Source: Octopus bimaculoides (taxonomy: Eukaryota). From it: a stretch of 43,414 nt of DNA. Position numbers and translations under genes: made by a program. The number at the start of each line of letters is the position of its first letter. Position 1 is the first letter of the stretch. This document shows, piece by piece, positions 11,573-24,059 of this stretch. Under the pieces are notes generated by a model. The model worked only from the letters and a program-made list of their open reading frames with translations. It was not told where the DNA came from and did no database searches. Where the stretch lies: positions 56,071,339-56,114,752 of the forward strand of contig NC_068996.1 in assembly GCF_001194135.2 (NCBI RefSeq), in the 5' to 3' direction.

Positions 11573-11621
11573 CTGTTGCTAAGCCCCTGCAACCCTTGTG
11601 GTTGCAGGGGCTTAGCAACAG
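11573..11621. repeat. Perfect 22-bp inverted repeat with 5-nt loop
   Basis: ctgttgctaagcccctgcaacc-cttgt-ggttgcaggggcttagcaacag. Confidence 0.9.
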
Positions 11622-12787
11622 GAAAATCGTTGGTGCTGGAATCATGAAATACAAGATGGCTGAGTCTTTTACATGAAACCTACATACATTACAGTACATG
11701 TACTCTGTGGTTGAGAGGCCCCATGTTAAGATCAAAGTACATAGATGAGTCATCTACTTATTTTGGTTAAGATTTTGAACAAGAATTAAATTATTTATGT
11801 TAACTGAAAATTTTAAAAAATAGAATGGTAATACATTGTACCAGTAAAAGTTCTTGTAAAAATATTACATTGTGCCACAAACGTGAACCAGACTCTGTGG
11901 ATTGTCTATGATATCTATTGAACACGAACTTAGCTCTCAGCTTGATTATTCAGAACTGATCAATGATTTCACAAAGTGAAAAGTGCACCGTGTTTGTCTT
12001 TGAAAGTTGCCTGGATTATAAAAATGCTTTTTTATTCATATCTGGAAGTTTTAAATAAACCTAAATAAATTTAACTTGTACTTTTAAAGATGTTCTTTAG
12101 GATAATGTGAAATATTGAACTTCAGATGGAATAAAGTAAAATATAGCTATGAATAAAAGGTGCAAAGATTATGAATTTTGATTGAAGGGATGGGCTCTTG
12201 AAACAAAAAGTTGCAGGGTATCTCTAAAATTCCAAGCAGAATGTCTCTCCCAGTATGTAATTATTTCTGTTAGTATTTGTAAAAGACAAACACATTCAAA
12301 ACTCTTATGTGAGGTAATAAAACCCTCAGTTGATTATTTTCAGACATTGTCAGTCACTTCTCCATGCATCCCAAGGAATACATTTTCATTTAGCAACACA
12401 ACAAAAGCAACAACTACCTCTATGACAACAACCAAGTAACAATATAAACACTTACCCTTTTTCTGACAGAATGTCCGGAGCCACATAAGTTGGTGTTCCA
12501 CAAACAACAAACAATGGTTGTTTTGCATCGGTTGCTAATCCGAAATCTCCAAGTTTCAGTGCTTTTGTTCCATCATTCATCTCGCAGACCTAAAAAAAGA
12601 ATAAAATGAAATCACAAGATGGCTTTTTTGCTTTTATAATTTGAAGATCTTGGCAGGAATAAATAATCATTCTAAGGAATATTCCAATGAGGAATTAATC
12701 TTTCATAAAAAAGTAGGAAAATCGTTGGTGCTGGAATCATGAAATACAAAATGGCTTAGTCTTTTATATGAAACCTACATACATTAC
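11620..12787 (+). repeat. 73-bp direct repeat pair (11620-11692 and 12715-12787)
   Basis: aggaaaatcgttggtgctggaatcatgaaatacaa...aaacctacatacattac; 70/73 identical by eye. Confidence 0.9.
12456..12589 (-). CDS. DCLK1: DCLK kinase subdomains VII-VIII exon (DFG, activation segment)
   Basis: 134 nt, phase 0 to 2. Translates [44 protein letters not shown]; the Gly before DFG (LGDFG) is characteristic of DCLK. Confidence 0.96.
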
Positions 12788-13149
12788 TAAGTGATATACT
12801 GGTGGAGTTGTTAAAGCACTGAAAAGGATGGCTTATAGTATTCTTTCTGATTTTTCTTTGCTTTGAAAAGTCTTGCCAAGGTCAATTTTACCATTCAATC
12901 TTCCAGATCCGTAGTATAGAAGTAAAGCAAAGACCTTTCCCGAGTCAGTATGACTTGGGAAGGGCTAGTTTCTTGGTTTCCTTGCATATATATTCCCCAC
13001 CTGGATGGGACGTTGGTCCATTGCAACATTACACATTTTTGTCAGCTGAGTGGACTGAAGCAACGTGAATGGAAGTGTTCAAGGTTCCTTACATGATGCT
13101 TTTAAAGAGTCCATGTCTTACATGAGTAAAGGAGAGATGTCAGCACATA

Positions 13150-13805
13150 CATTACACAGCAACTTTTGTTTGTCTTGTGATGACATGTTGGGGTCAGATA
13201 CAAGACCGAAAATCCTTGAAGGAATCAATTCCCTTCTGAAGCCTTAAAGATATTTCATAATCCAAGGATCAAGAATGGTTGAGTGTGATGCCCAGGTAGG
13301 CTTTCAGTACTGTTGTTTCAAGAAAGATGGTTTCACATGTAGGTTTCCTGGCACAGAATGGAACATTAGAACAGATTTATCCAGGCTGATACATAGCATG
13401 AATGTCCTGCAGGATGCAGAGATATGATCCCTGAGAATTCAACTGGATGACCAACTAAATATTTACCACATGCTATATAGAATATGTAAAATATGGGAAG
13501 TCAAATGGGAAAGCAATGCTTATCATTGCTACATATGGAAGGAACAAATAAAGGAAGAAGTAAGTATTTTGGAAAAAACATGCATTTTTCATGCAGAATT
13601 TAATCAATCTGCTTGAAAATGCACCACTAGTGTATTGAATGAAGGAAGCTTGATCTGCAATATTTGTGATCTTGTATGTCTATCAAGAGCTGGAATCATT
13701 TGTCATCAGTGGAGACACAACAAGTGTGAAGAGTATAATTCTGAGTGTGCAATGGTGTTAATGATAAGCGATGGTTTTCCTCAGTCATGACGGATAGCCA
13801 TCATG
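13150..13805 (+). mobile_element. Decayed RTE-type LINE 3' fragment
   Basis: Terminal C2H2-like ICNICDLVCLSRAGIICHQ peptide and ...gacggatagccatcatg tail. Confidence 0.5.
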
Positions 13806-13822
13806 TATGTATTTATATTTAC

Positions 13823-13969
13823 CAATAGATTCTCTGGTTTTACATCTCTGTGGACAATTCCAGCTGCATGCAGGTAAGCTAGTGCACTGAGGAGGTTGTG
13901 TGTCATTCTGCTAGCAGTTCTCTCGGTGTATTTTGTTGCAGTAGTTATTAATTCAAACAGGTCCCCTCC
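13823..13969 (-). CDS. DCLK1: DCLK kinase subdomain VI exon (HRD catalytic loop)
   Basis: 147 nt, phase 0-0. Translates [49 protein letters not shown]. Confidence 0.96.
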
Positions 13970-14202
13970 CTTTAAAGAAGAAAGTGAAAAAGTGGAGTTT
14001 AGATAGATAACAACAACAACAACAACAATAAAGACAATAAAAAACTCCCAAAATTAACTTAATGAGAGAATGAGGCTAGAATAACAATGGCAACAACATC
14101 AAAAAGGAAGAGAATATTGATAGATCAATTGGAAATGTAATCTTGGTATCAAAAACAGCAGCAAGAAATATGTAACATTAAAAAGAACAACAACAGGGCA
14201 CT

Positions 14203-14360
14203 AGTGTAGCTAGAGGGGTGCAGTAAGGGCAGTCTGCCCTGAGCGGCACTTTTAAAAGGGCAGCACTTCTGGGTCTGCTGTAGGCAATATGTGCTTTTTG
14301 TGAGGTCCCGGGGAGGCAAATGGAACGGCCACCCTGGGCGGCACACTCTTCTAGCCAAAT
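14203..14360. mobile_element. GC-rich hAT-like MITE remnant
   Basis: tagtgtagctagagggg...gccctgagcggcac...gccaccctgggcggcac...ctagcc; family assignment tentative. Confidence 0.35.
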
Positions 14361-15279
14361 ATAATAACTGTATCGTGATTTCCGGGTTATTTCCCTTCAT
14401 CAGCACAGAATAATTGTTCGGCTAGAGGTGGCGCTGCCAAATTCTCATTCAAAACGAAGGGAAATAATCCAGAAATCGCAATACACAGATATTGTTTTGA
14501 GCTGAGTGGGGGTGCTAGATTCCCTTGTTCGAAAATATAAGGACACAAATCGTATCATATAGCCAACTGGAGACAATGTCTCCTGGGGCTAAATTACAGC
14601 AACATTCATCCTAAACCAGGACTACCATGTTATGTTGGCTAATAATCTTTAATACATTTTGAATTGTTCTCAAATTTTGATGAGGTAGACATATCCTAAG
14701 CCCATAAAAATGTGGAGCAGAGTCAGACTGTTTGCATGTGTTTGTGTATGTGTGTGCATGTGCGTGTGTGTGTGCACGTGCATGTATTTAAATGCTTTCA
14801 AAATATTATTTGGTTTGACTTCACTATTATAAATTTATATAACATATGTACATACATATATAGATACACACACACACACACACACAAGAATATAAGAAAG
14901 GTTTCTCAAAAAATATCCGTCCTCATTTTTTCCTACACACACTCACACATAAACACACACACACACACACACACACAAATACACTACACACACACACATA
15001 CTCACACATGCACATACACTCTCTCCCTCACATGCACAGACACACTTTCTCTCCTCTGTTTCCTTCTCTTTCTCTCCTTCTCTCCCTCTTCTCCCCCCCC
15101 CCCCCCCCTCTCAGACGTACATACACAAACTCACAAAACGCTCAGCTTGTGACAACAGAAATACTTCACTATCAACCAGTGAGTACTTTTGAAGGAAATG
15201 GACAAGACAAGAATAACAAAATAGTTGACAGCATCCTTCCTTTACCAATATAGACTTCATAGTTCCCATGGTAATGATT

Positions 15280-16170
15280 TATTGCGTTGAATCAAAGGTT
15301 TTTAGAATATCTTGGTAACTAATTTGGTTTATTCTCCTCAAGTTACAATAAAAGCAACATAACATTCAGAGTAGAGGCTATTGTGTTGCATCATCTGAAG
15401 CCACCTTTCTGCCAGTTCTTGGATCCCATACTGATACAAGTTCTTTGAGGTAAAGAACTCTGTCATTGTAGCTTCCACCTTGTCTTGATTGACAAAGTGT
15501 AGTAAGCACAGGAAGTGAGCCATGGATTGGAGCCGGTAATAATCTGAGGGAGCTACAGATTGAGTGTTGTATCCATTTGATTCTCTTGAGTTCCTGCAGT
15601 TTACTCCAGGCCATTCTAGTGGTATGAAGTATTGTGTTGCTGAAGACCTCGCTTTCTGTTAACCAATGCTGGGTATTTTTACCACACAATGGCATACATC
15701 CATTCCAACTGTTCAGAGTACAGGATGGCATCCATGGTTCGACTGTCTGGAATGAACTCATAGTAAATTATCCCCTCATAATTCCTCCAGATGCTAAGTA
15801 TCACCTTGTGTTTGAAATGCCCATGTTTGGCAACAGGTTCCAAAAGCTGGCCCTTACTTAACCACTGCTTATGCACATTAGGAATGCAGAGAAATATCTC
15901 CTTTGGATTATTTGTTCTGATCCTTGTTTCACTTTCTGCTCTCACAAGACTTCATCAACGGAAAAGAGGTGGAAACCTCAGAGAAGGAATTCTTTACCTT
16001 CAAAGACAAAGACTGATATCAGTGTGGAATCAAAGAAATGGCAGAAAGGTGGCTCCAGACTGGGCAATACGATAGCCTCTCTTTGAATGTTAAGCTCTTT
16101 TTGTTGTAATTTGATGAATAAAGCAAATAAGTTTCACAAAATATTGAAAAACTTCCGATTCAACACAATA
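15280..16170 (-). mobile_element. Non-autonomous mariner derivative with two 3' ends (copy A)
   Basis: Termini tattgcgttgaatc / gattcaacacaata. Transposase remnants KQWLSK...KVILSIWRNYEGIIYY...TMDA on minus; inverted duplicate of the 3' ~250 bp on plus. Confidence 0.8.
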
Positions 16171-16352
16171 GAATGTTTTTTTTCTTCTTAAAGATAGTCT
16201 TAAAGTAAGTTGCAAAGAGTTATAAAAACAAATTAATGATAAATAATGAATGTTTCTAAGATTAATTTTATAAGTGTTTTGAGACATTGAGAATGGTGAA
16301 TTCAAAGACTATTACAATTGTGTTACAACTTTGGCAAAGAGTTTTTACTTAC

Positions 16353-16472
16353 TTTTACCAATTCCATGACGAGAAATAGTTGATCAGGTGAATCAAATTC
16401 TTCAATAAGACGGATGATGTTTGGATGTTTTGCTTTTCTTAGAATGGAGACTTCATTTTCAATCATTTGAAC
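16353..16472 (-). CDS. DCLK1: DCLK kinase subdomains III-V exon (alphaC, gatekeeper)
   Basis: 120 nt, phase 0-0. Translates [40 protein letters not shown]. Confidence 0.95.
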
Positions 16473-16957
16473 CTATTGCAAAATACATAAAACACATAAG
16501 AAAATGCACACTCTCTCTCTCTCTTTCTCTTTCTCTCTCTCTCTCTCTTTCTCACTTACACACACGCAAGCACACATACACACACAAACACACACACACA
16601 AACACACACATACACATACACACACATACACATGCACACGCATGCACACACACACACACACAAGAATACGAGAAGAAAGGTTTCTCAAACATATCCATCC
16701 TCAAAATTATTCCTACATACAAAGAACCATGACTACATTATCTAAAGTATTCCCATTTTCATAACATACAAGACGTATCAGCCTTTGCCTTTCCCTTGGA
16801 TAACATTAGAGGGCATGGAGAGGTGGGGGCTGGTAGGCATCTGTGACTGCTGGTCTTTCAGAAACATCCTTGCCTGGACATGTGTCTCAGAGGGAAAATT
16901 TCTAGGTTCTAGCCCCTTTGGACATTCATGACCAAAGGGGCTCTTTACCATCTTTAT

Positions 16958-17038
<81 letters not shown>

Positions 17039-17168
17039 AAGTTAAAGAAGTGATTTTAAATTCTCAATCGCAGAATAATGCTAATAATATAGCCTGAACA
17101 GGATAAGCTACCCCTATTTTGCAGAGAAATGTGTAGGTGGCTATATATATATATGTATGTATGTATGT

Positions 17169-17993
17169 NNNNNNNNNNNNNNNNNNNNNNNNNNNNNNNN
17201 NNNNNNNNNNNNNNNNNNNNNNNNNNNNNNNNNNNNNNNNNNNNNNNNNNNNNNNNNNNNNNNNNNNNNNNNNNNNNNNNNNNNNNNNNNNNNNNNNNNN
17301 NNNNNNNNNNNNNNNNNNNNNNNNNNNNNNNNNNNNNNNNNNNNNNNNNNNNNNNNNNNNNNNNNNNNNNNNNNNNNNNNNNNNNNNNNNNNNNNNNNNN
17401 NNNNNNNNNNNNNNNNNNNNNNNNNNNNNNNNNNNNNNNNNNNNNNNNNNNNNNNNNNNNNNNNNNNNNNNNNNNNNNNNNNNNNNNNNNNNNNNNNNNN
17501 NNNNNNNNNNNNNNNNNNNNNNNNNNNNNNNNNNNNNNNNNNNNNNNNNNNNNNNNNNNNNNNNNNNNNNNNNNNNNNNNNNNNNNNNNNNNNNNNNNNN
17601 NNNNNNNNNNNNNNNNNNNNNNNNNNNNNNNNNNNNNNNNNNNNNNNNNNNNNNNNNNNNNNNNNNNNNNNNNNNNNNNNNNNNNNNNNNNNNNNNNNNN
17701 NNNNNNNNNNNNNNNNNNNNNNNNNNNNNNNNNNNNNNNNNNNNNNNNNNNNNNNNNNNNNNNNNNNNNNNNNNNNNNNNNNNNNNNNNNNNNNNNNNNN
17801 NNNNNNNNNNNNNNNNNNNNNNNNNNNNNNNNNNNNNNNNNNNNNNNNNNNNNNNNNNNNNNNNNNNNNNNNNNNNNNNNNNNNNNNNNNNNNNNNNNNN
17901 NNNNNNNNNNNNNNNNNNNNNNNNNNNNNNNNNNNNNNNNNNNNNNNNNNNNNNNNNNNNNNNNNNNNNNNNNNNNNNNNNNNNNNNNNNNNN
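17169..17993. other. Assembly gap (others: 1565-1854, 20169-20260, 22914-22923, 28434-28710)
   Basis: Runs of N, mostly flanked by microsatellites. Confidence 0.99.
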
Positions 17994-18297
17994 TTAATAA
18001 ATATTTTGAACATTCATGATATTTCTAAAGTTTTTATTGTTGTATTTGCTTGTCTTTTTACCGTACCTTTTAGACACTTTAGAGACTGAATACTATAAAT
18101 TCATTTATTGATTCTTGAAGGAATTGAACACACATATTGTATCTTGCGTTGGACATATGGTATTATTCCTGTGGTTTTCCACCCTTATGTATCTATTTTT
18201 ACTATAAGATGAATTCTAGCCCATGCTGAGCACTTCAACTCTAGCCCGTCTTTATGTATTGTTATATTAACAATACATAATTATACAAAAATTACAG

Positions 18298-18328
<31 letters not shown>

Positions 18329-18859
18329 ATATATTTACATATATCTTTTATTTTCTTTCTTTTATTGTTTTCTGGTTTCAGCCAGAGGCTTAGGCCATGC
18401 TGGAGCACCACCATTCAGTGTTTGGTTTTCTTTTCTGTACTGTTTCTGGTGAAACAGCAAGTTAGATGGAACTGCTCTTCTTTTTGTCTCCTTCCACAAC
18501 GTGGCTTCATCTGGACTCTCAGATAAATAATTTGTCCAGAGGTTCTTTGAAGACTTCCACAACTACACTTCACAAATCTCTGAGGCTGTTTGGCTGAATG
18601 TTAAATAATTGTGAGCCCTTAAAACCCAAACTGTTACAGTACTGGGTCCTTATTTGAGATAGAGAAGATAAGATCTTTGGTATTATGCTGTGCTGTCCAG
18701 TTCAGTGATTGCTTTAGTTTTCAATTCCAAACATGGGAGCTAGACCTTCCAGAGTCTTTGTACATCACATCCAGAATCAGATGTATATCACTGCATATGT
18801 AGTTATATGGTAGCCATATGGTATTAAATGTGGAAACAGGGAGAGGTCCATGTACTTAC

Positions 18860-18917
18860 ATTTCCTAAACACTTTGTCTTGTCAATTATTTTCAGGGCAT
18901 ATCTTGTATTTGTTGAT
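18860..18917 (-). CDS. DCLK1: DCLK kinase subdomain II exon (catalytic Lys)
   Basis: 58 nt, tttttaaag acceptor, gtaagt donor. Translates STNTRYALKIIDKTKCLGN. Confidence 0.93.
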
Positions 18918-19679
18918 CTTTAAAAATAGATACACATCAAAAATTTATTGGAAAAACAGGTGAAAATTATTTTAGAATTATAATTACATGGAAATAAAGT
19001 TTACAAAACTGAAATTTAAATGAAATTCGTTCATTTTATTTAAAACTGGTTGGTTGATAAGAAAGAACCAAAAAAAAAAACAAAAAAAAACAACACAAAA
19101 CCCTGTAATTTTGAGAAAGGAAGAAAATGAGATAATTTAAAGGAAAGAAGTGACAGAGAAAGATTACCGGGCAACAAGAAGTGGGAGCAAATATATAACG
19201 AAACAAGGTAAAAAAATGGATAGGCAAATGAAAAATAAAAAAATAAAACCCAAAAGAAAAGAGCAAAAATTAGTTAAATGCAGACTGTGAATATATTAGA
19301 TTGATACTCAGAGGAAGTTTTAGATGGAAAACTATGAGTGGAAATGATATTTCAAGTATGGCTCTTTGTTGGACAGAAGGAAAAGTCCAGAGAGGAGGAA
19401 AAGGAAGAAATGTGCAGATGGTGTTGAGAAAAGCATGTGTGTTCATACATGGCCAACCAATAACTGAATGGAAGTTGGAGACAAGTTGACAAATGAACAA
19501 ATCTTTATAAATATACATGCATACATATGCATGCATGCATACATGCATGCATGTACACATAGATATATGCAAACATACATACATACATACATGCATACAT
19601 ACGTACATACATACATACATACATACATATGTACATACATACATACATACATACATACATACATACATACATACATAAC

Positions 19680-20168
19680 CAATGCAGATTTTGTGGAGAT
19701 AACAGCGAAGATATCACCCACATTATAAGCAGTTGTCCAAAAATGTCATCACAGTATTATCTACCAATGGGACATGGAGTAGCTAGGACACTCAATAATG
19801 AGAGCTGAAAAGATAACCCCCAAGGACAAAGAAATAAGACCTGATATAACGATTTGGGATGGAGAAGAAAAACTGTGCACAGTTGGAGAAATTAGTTGCC
19901 CAACAGATGTTAACATAAAGCTGAAGATCAGTGAAAAGGAGAACACTTATGCTGAACTATTGAGAAACCTGCAGTTACTCTATCCAGATTACAAGTTCAG
20001 GTTTATACCTGTAATTATTGGGACACTGGGATATGTAAAACACTGCCTAAATACCAATCTTGAGAAATTAGGCTTCTCAAAACCAGAAAGGAGAAAGCTG
20101 ATTCGAAGACAACAGATCCAATCCATCACTGGAACTGTAAAAATCTGTAAAACTTTCCAGAAGTTTAT
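19680..20168 (+). mobile_element. REL-endonuclease non-LTR retrotransposon 3' fragment (CRE/NeSL/R4-type)
   Basis: RPDITIWD...EISCP...KENTY...IPVIIGTLG PD-(D/E)xK domain; runs into an N gap. Confidence 0.8.
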
Positions 20169-20260
20169 NNNNNNNNNNNNNNNNNNNNNNNNNNNNNNNN
20201 NNNNNNNNNNNNNNNNNNNNNNNNNNNNNNNNNNNNNNNNNNNNNNNNNNNNNNNNNNNN

Positions 20261-20320
<60 letters not shown>

Positions 20321-21114
20321 TGGTTTCCTATTAGGAAACCAACAGATTTTATACAAGGCTGCAAGGAGAAGTGCTCAGAATAATTGAGACAAGAGTAAAA
20401 TATTAGTTAAAGAATAAAAAGACTAGGTTAACGACTCAACCTATCACCCCCCGTCAATGAACATATATAAGAAATACAACATAATCCGTCAAACATAAGG
20501 AATAAGAAGAAATATATGTTCCATATTTATTACAAAATTATTCTCATTAAATTCCAATCTGATTTGTGTTTCTGCTGGATAAGTGTTCTAATATCCTTGA
20601 GTGTAGCATTTATGGGCATTTAGTTGATTCAGTTGCTGTACATATTCATCCAGGTGAGAAATTCCTATGCAGCATTATTCAAGGTATTACCTGTGCAGGT
20701 GAGTGAAGCGAGCTGCAGAATCCAGTGTTAGATAGTCCTTCTTAAAGTATATTCTAGGTGAGGAATCATAAAATCTTAGGGTACATGACAGTAGAGATAG
20801 CTTCGAAATATGATAGGGCTATAATTTCAGTATTGTTTAAACTTAGAGTGACCTTTTTAGAATTTTAGGGAATGGAATATGTTATGTAATTAATAGTAAA
20901 AAAGAAAGAAAGAAACCTTAATTAGGTCAGGGTGCATTCAACTCACTGACCACTCATAATATATATATAATATACGTTTACACACACACATACACACATA
21001 TGTATATACACATGCATGCACACATGCATACATATGTACACATACATACACACACACACACAACCAGTGCATAACTACAAAAGTACAGGTGTGCCACTGT
21101 GAAGAATCTATTAC

Positions 21115-21214
21115 CTGGACCAACATTCACGAACAACTGCAAAGTTTCCTTCACCGATGAGACGCCGGATTCCATATTTATTGGTTAAAGCTAATGGATA
21201 ATTTTGTATTGTTT
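21115..21214 (-). CDS. DCLK1: DCLK kinase subdomain I (Gly-rich loop) exon
   Basis: 100 nt, phase 1 to 2. Translates TIQNYPLALTNKYGIRRLIGEGNFAVVRECWS; GxGNFAVV is the DCLK P-loop. Confidence 0.93.
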
Positions 21215-21659
21215 CTGGTAAATAAAAAAAAAAAAAAAGGAAAAAGAAACAAAATGTATTGTAATTTATCAATAAGGTAAGGTGGCAGACTGAATTATTT
21301 GATCATGAAATAAGAATGTAAATGGCTAGGGATTCTACAGACACATGTATCCTTAATGGTATTCTCAAGCAGAATTAGCAGGGCACAGTGAATGTGACAA
21401 AACTACCCCGGTTTAATTATCGGTATAATCCGTTTGACAGGTTCCTATACAGTTTCTATCTACAAAATTTTATTCACAAGATATGCATTGATCTGAAGCT
21501 AAAAAAAATGACATTTGTTCCAAGTAAAAGGCATTCAGTGGGATAGAAACTTGAACCTTGTGGTTCTGAAGAGAACCTCTTAAACACTCAACTATAACAA
21601 ACTGAATAACAACATAAATAACTACTTTAAAACAATAATGCTACAAGACAGAAGTAATT

Positions 21660-22120
21660 ATTGTGTTGAATCAAAAGTTTTACAATATTTTAATAACTTA
21701 TTTATTTTGTTCATCAAATTACAACAAAAGCAGTCTAGCATTCAAAGTAGGGGGCCATTCAAAATAAGGGTCCATCGTGTTGCACCATCTGAAGCCACTT
21801 TTGTGCCAGTTCTTTGATCCTATGATGATACCAATTCTTGTCTTTTGAAGGGAAGAATTCCTTCACTGAAGCTTCCACCTTCTGCCATTGCGAGTGCCGA
21901 AAGTGAGCCATAAATCAGAAGAAGTAATAATCTGAGGGAGATATTTCCCCACAACCCTAATATATGCATAAGCAGTGGTCAAGCAAGAGTACTTCGAGTG
22001 TTTCAAACATGAGGCAATGCTGTGTGTCAGGTGGAATTATGAGGGGAGAATTCACTACATGTTCATTCCAGACAGTCAAACCATGGATGCCAACCTGTAC
22101 TCCAAACAGCTGGAGAAGAT
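21660..22120 (+). mobile_element. Double-3'-end mariner copy B (truncated)
   Basis: Same terminus and internal junction as copy A; KHEAMLCVRWNYEGRIHY...TMDANLY; broken by a LINE fragment. Confidence 0.7.
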
Positions 22121-22124
22121 GTAT

Positions 22125-22395
22125 TTGACTATACACGAAGCTGTTAAGAGGGACAAGAGAGGAAGAGAACCTAGGATATGGTGGAAGATTATTGCAGGGG
22201 TGGATGGAGAACAAAGGGTTTGTCTGTGGAAATCAACACTTGAGAGTTCATGGGTCATACTCTGAGTAAGGTGTGTGAAATCCTGGGTATTACAGGAATA
22301 AGCAGGAGATGAGCCATCATAAACAGCATGAAGGCTGCAGCAAAAGCATCTACATGGCTCTGGTTGAAAAGAAGTGATCGATGGAATCAGTAGAA
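22125..22395 (+). mobile_element. Hero-like REL LINE 3' fragment
   Basis: Decayed GWR...VEI...LGITGISRR*AI..MKAAAKASTWLWLKR, the C-terminal signature of Hero-type elements. Confidence 0.55.
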
Positions 22396-22671
22396 TACCA
22401 TTTTGTCACAGTGCCAAGCTTGATCAATGCAGCTTGGATTAGGTGTATTTAGTAAGAGCTAAAACAACAAATGACTCCAGGAGACGATGATGATGAATCC
22501 AAGTATTGTATCAGAAGATGTACGAATTTAAAGGAAATACATAAAAAAAAACAAGTTCCTGATTGTAATAATAAACCATTTTGTCAGCACTACATATCAT
22601 AGTGTGAAATCATTTGAAGAATTAGAGAAGTGAATAATCTTTGAAAATTAAAGAAATGGTTTTATATTTAC

Positions 22672-22702
22672 CTTCTGATTGGCCATTTAGACATGTCTTG
22701 TC
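22672..22702 (-). CDS. DCLK1: DCLK 31-nt linker mini-exon
   Basis: tttcag acceptor, gtaaat donor. Translates DKTCLNGQSE and supplies the phase 0 to 1 bridge needed between the 26978 donor and the 21214 acceptor. Confidence 0.72.
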
Positions 22703-22789
22703 CTGAAATAATAATAATAAAAAGTATTTCAACATTAAATTCCTGAGGATGTGTGAAAGGGAATTAAAGGTTAATGAAATATTTTAAAC

Positions 22790-23290
22790 AACTACATGAA
22801 GGAGATACCTCTGTAATTATTTGTATCTAAAGCGTCACCTTTACCTTTGTAGCAGTTGACTATGGTGCTGCTACACCAGTCATTGGGTATGACTCCTTCG
22901 TGTATCACCTGGTNNNNNNNNNNTGCTACACCAGTCATTGGGTATGACTCCTTCGTGTATCACCTGGTTAACAATACGGATGACTAGACTATAGCTGACA
23001 CTGCCAGATATTTTGAGCATCTCTGCGGTGATTCCAGATGGGCCGGGGGCTTTCCCTGTCTTAATACTCTTAATTCCTTTATCTACCAAGTTACTGTCAA
23101 CTCGGATAGCTGGTCCCTCTGTTGGGTCGACATTCGGCAGACTCTCTTTCTCCCATTCATTCTCTTTATTAAGCAATCTTTCATAGTGGCATCTCCAAAC
23201 CTCTCTCTTTGCAGCCTCGTTTAGTGCAAGGGAACCATCATCTATGTGGACACATTTCTCTCCTACGACATCACAATTCTGTCTCACACA
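22790..23290 (-). mobile_element. RTE LINE fragment (EN-RT linker and RT start)
   Basis: WRCHYERLLN...KTGKAPGPSGITAEMLK...IPNDWCSSTIVNCYKGKGDALDTNNYRGI. Confidence 0.85.
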
Positions 23291-23314
23291 CTATCTTGCA
23301 ACACACATATAAAT

Positions 23315-23345
<31 letters not shown>

Positions 23346-23767
23346 TAGTAGACTTACTTGCAAAATAGGATAGGACGTGTGCGTTCAATAATGTAATAAT
23401 ACAAAGAATATATATACATGTATACACACATATATGTACATACTTACATCTACATGTGTATATACATGCATATCAGGGTACAGGACGTTAGAACAATAAA
23501 CTACAGACAACGGAACGAACACATAGGAAAACGGAAAGCCCCTTGGAATATCCCTTCATCAGCTGTCTTCGAAACGTCTAGATAGAATATTTTGATTTTA
23601 ATCACCTTACTTAGAAATTGTATGGATAATACCATACTAAATTCTGGTGCCTCAACTTAAGTACCATATTCACATGAATCTAAATTTTTGCTGAACTCAT
23701 CTACATACATATATATATATGTGTGTATATGTGTGTGTGTGTGTGTTTGTGTGTGTGTGTATGTATA

Positions 23768-23815
<48 letters not shown>

Positions 23816-24059
23816 TATATATATATGTACGTATGTTTATATGTATATTTATATATATTTTGTGAGGCAAGTATGAAAATAAAACTCAAGCATGTATATT
23901 TATATACGTATACACATTCTTTATTGATATGTGGTGGAAATAACAGAATGACTAAAACGCTGAGAGTTTTGTGTGTTAATGAACAAATGAAACTTTTGGC
24001 CCTTGAGTCACTCTGTTATTTCTGCCTAATATCAATAAAAAATGCATACACATGCACAT

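Noticed and set aside
20380-20900. Possible CR1/L2 LINE 3' remnant on minus
   Set aside because: Too decayed to give a motif I can support.
22869-22968. Exact 45-bp tandem duplication inside the RTE fragment
   Set aside because: The copies flank a 10-N gap; this is an unmerged contig overlap, not biology.
23540-23582. CTGATGA on minus next to GAAACGTC on plus
   Set aside because: The two hammerhead halves lie on opposite strands and their stem I sequences do not match; no foldable ribozyme.
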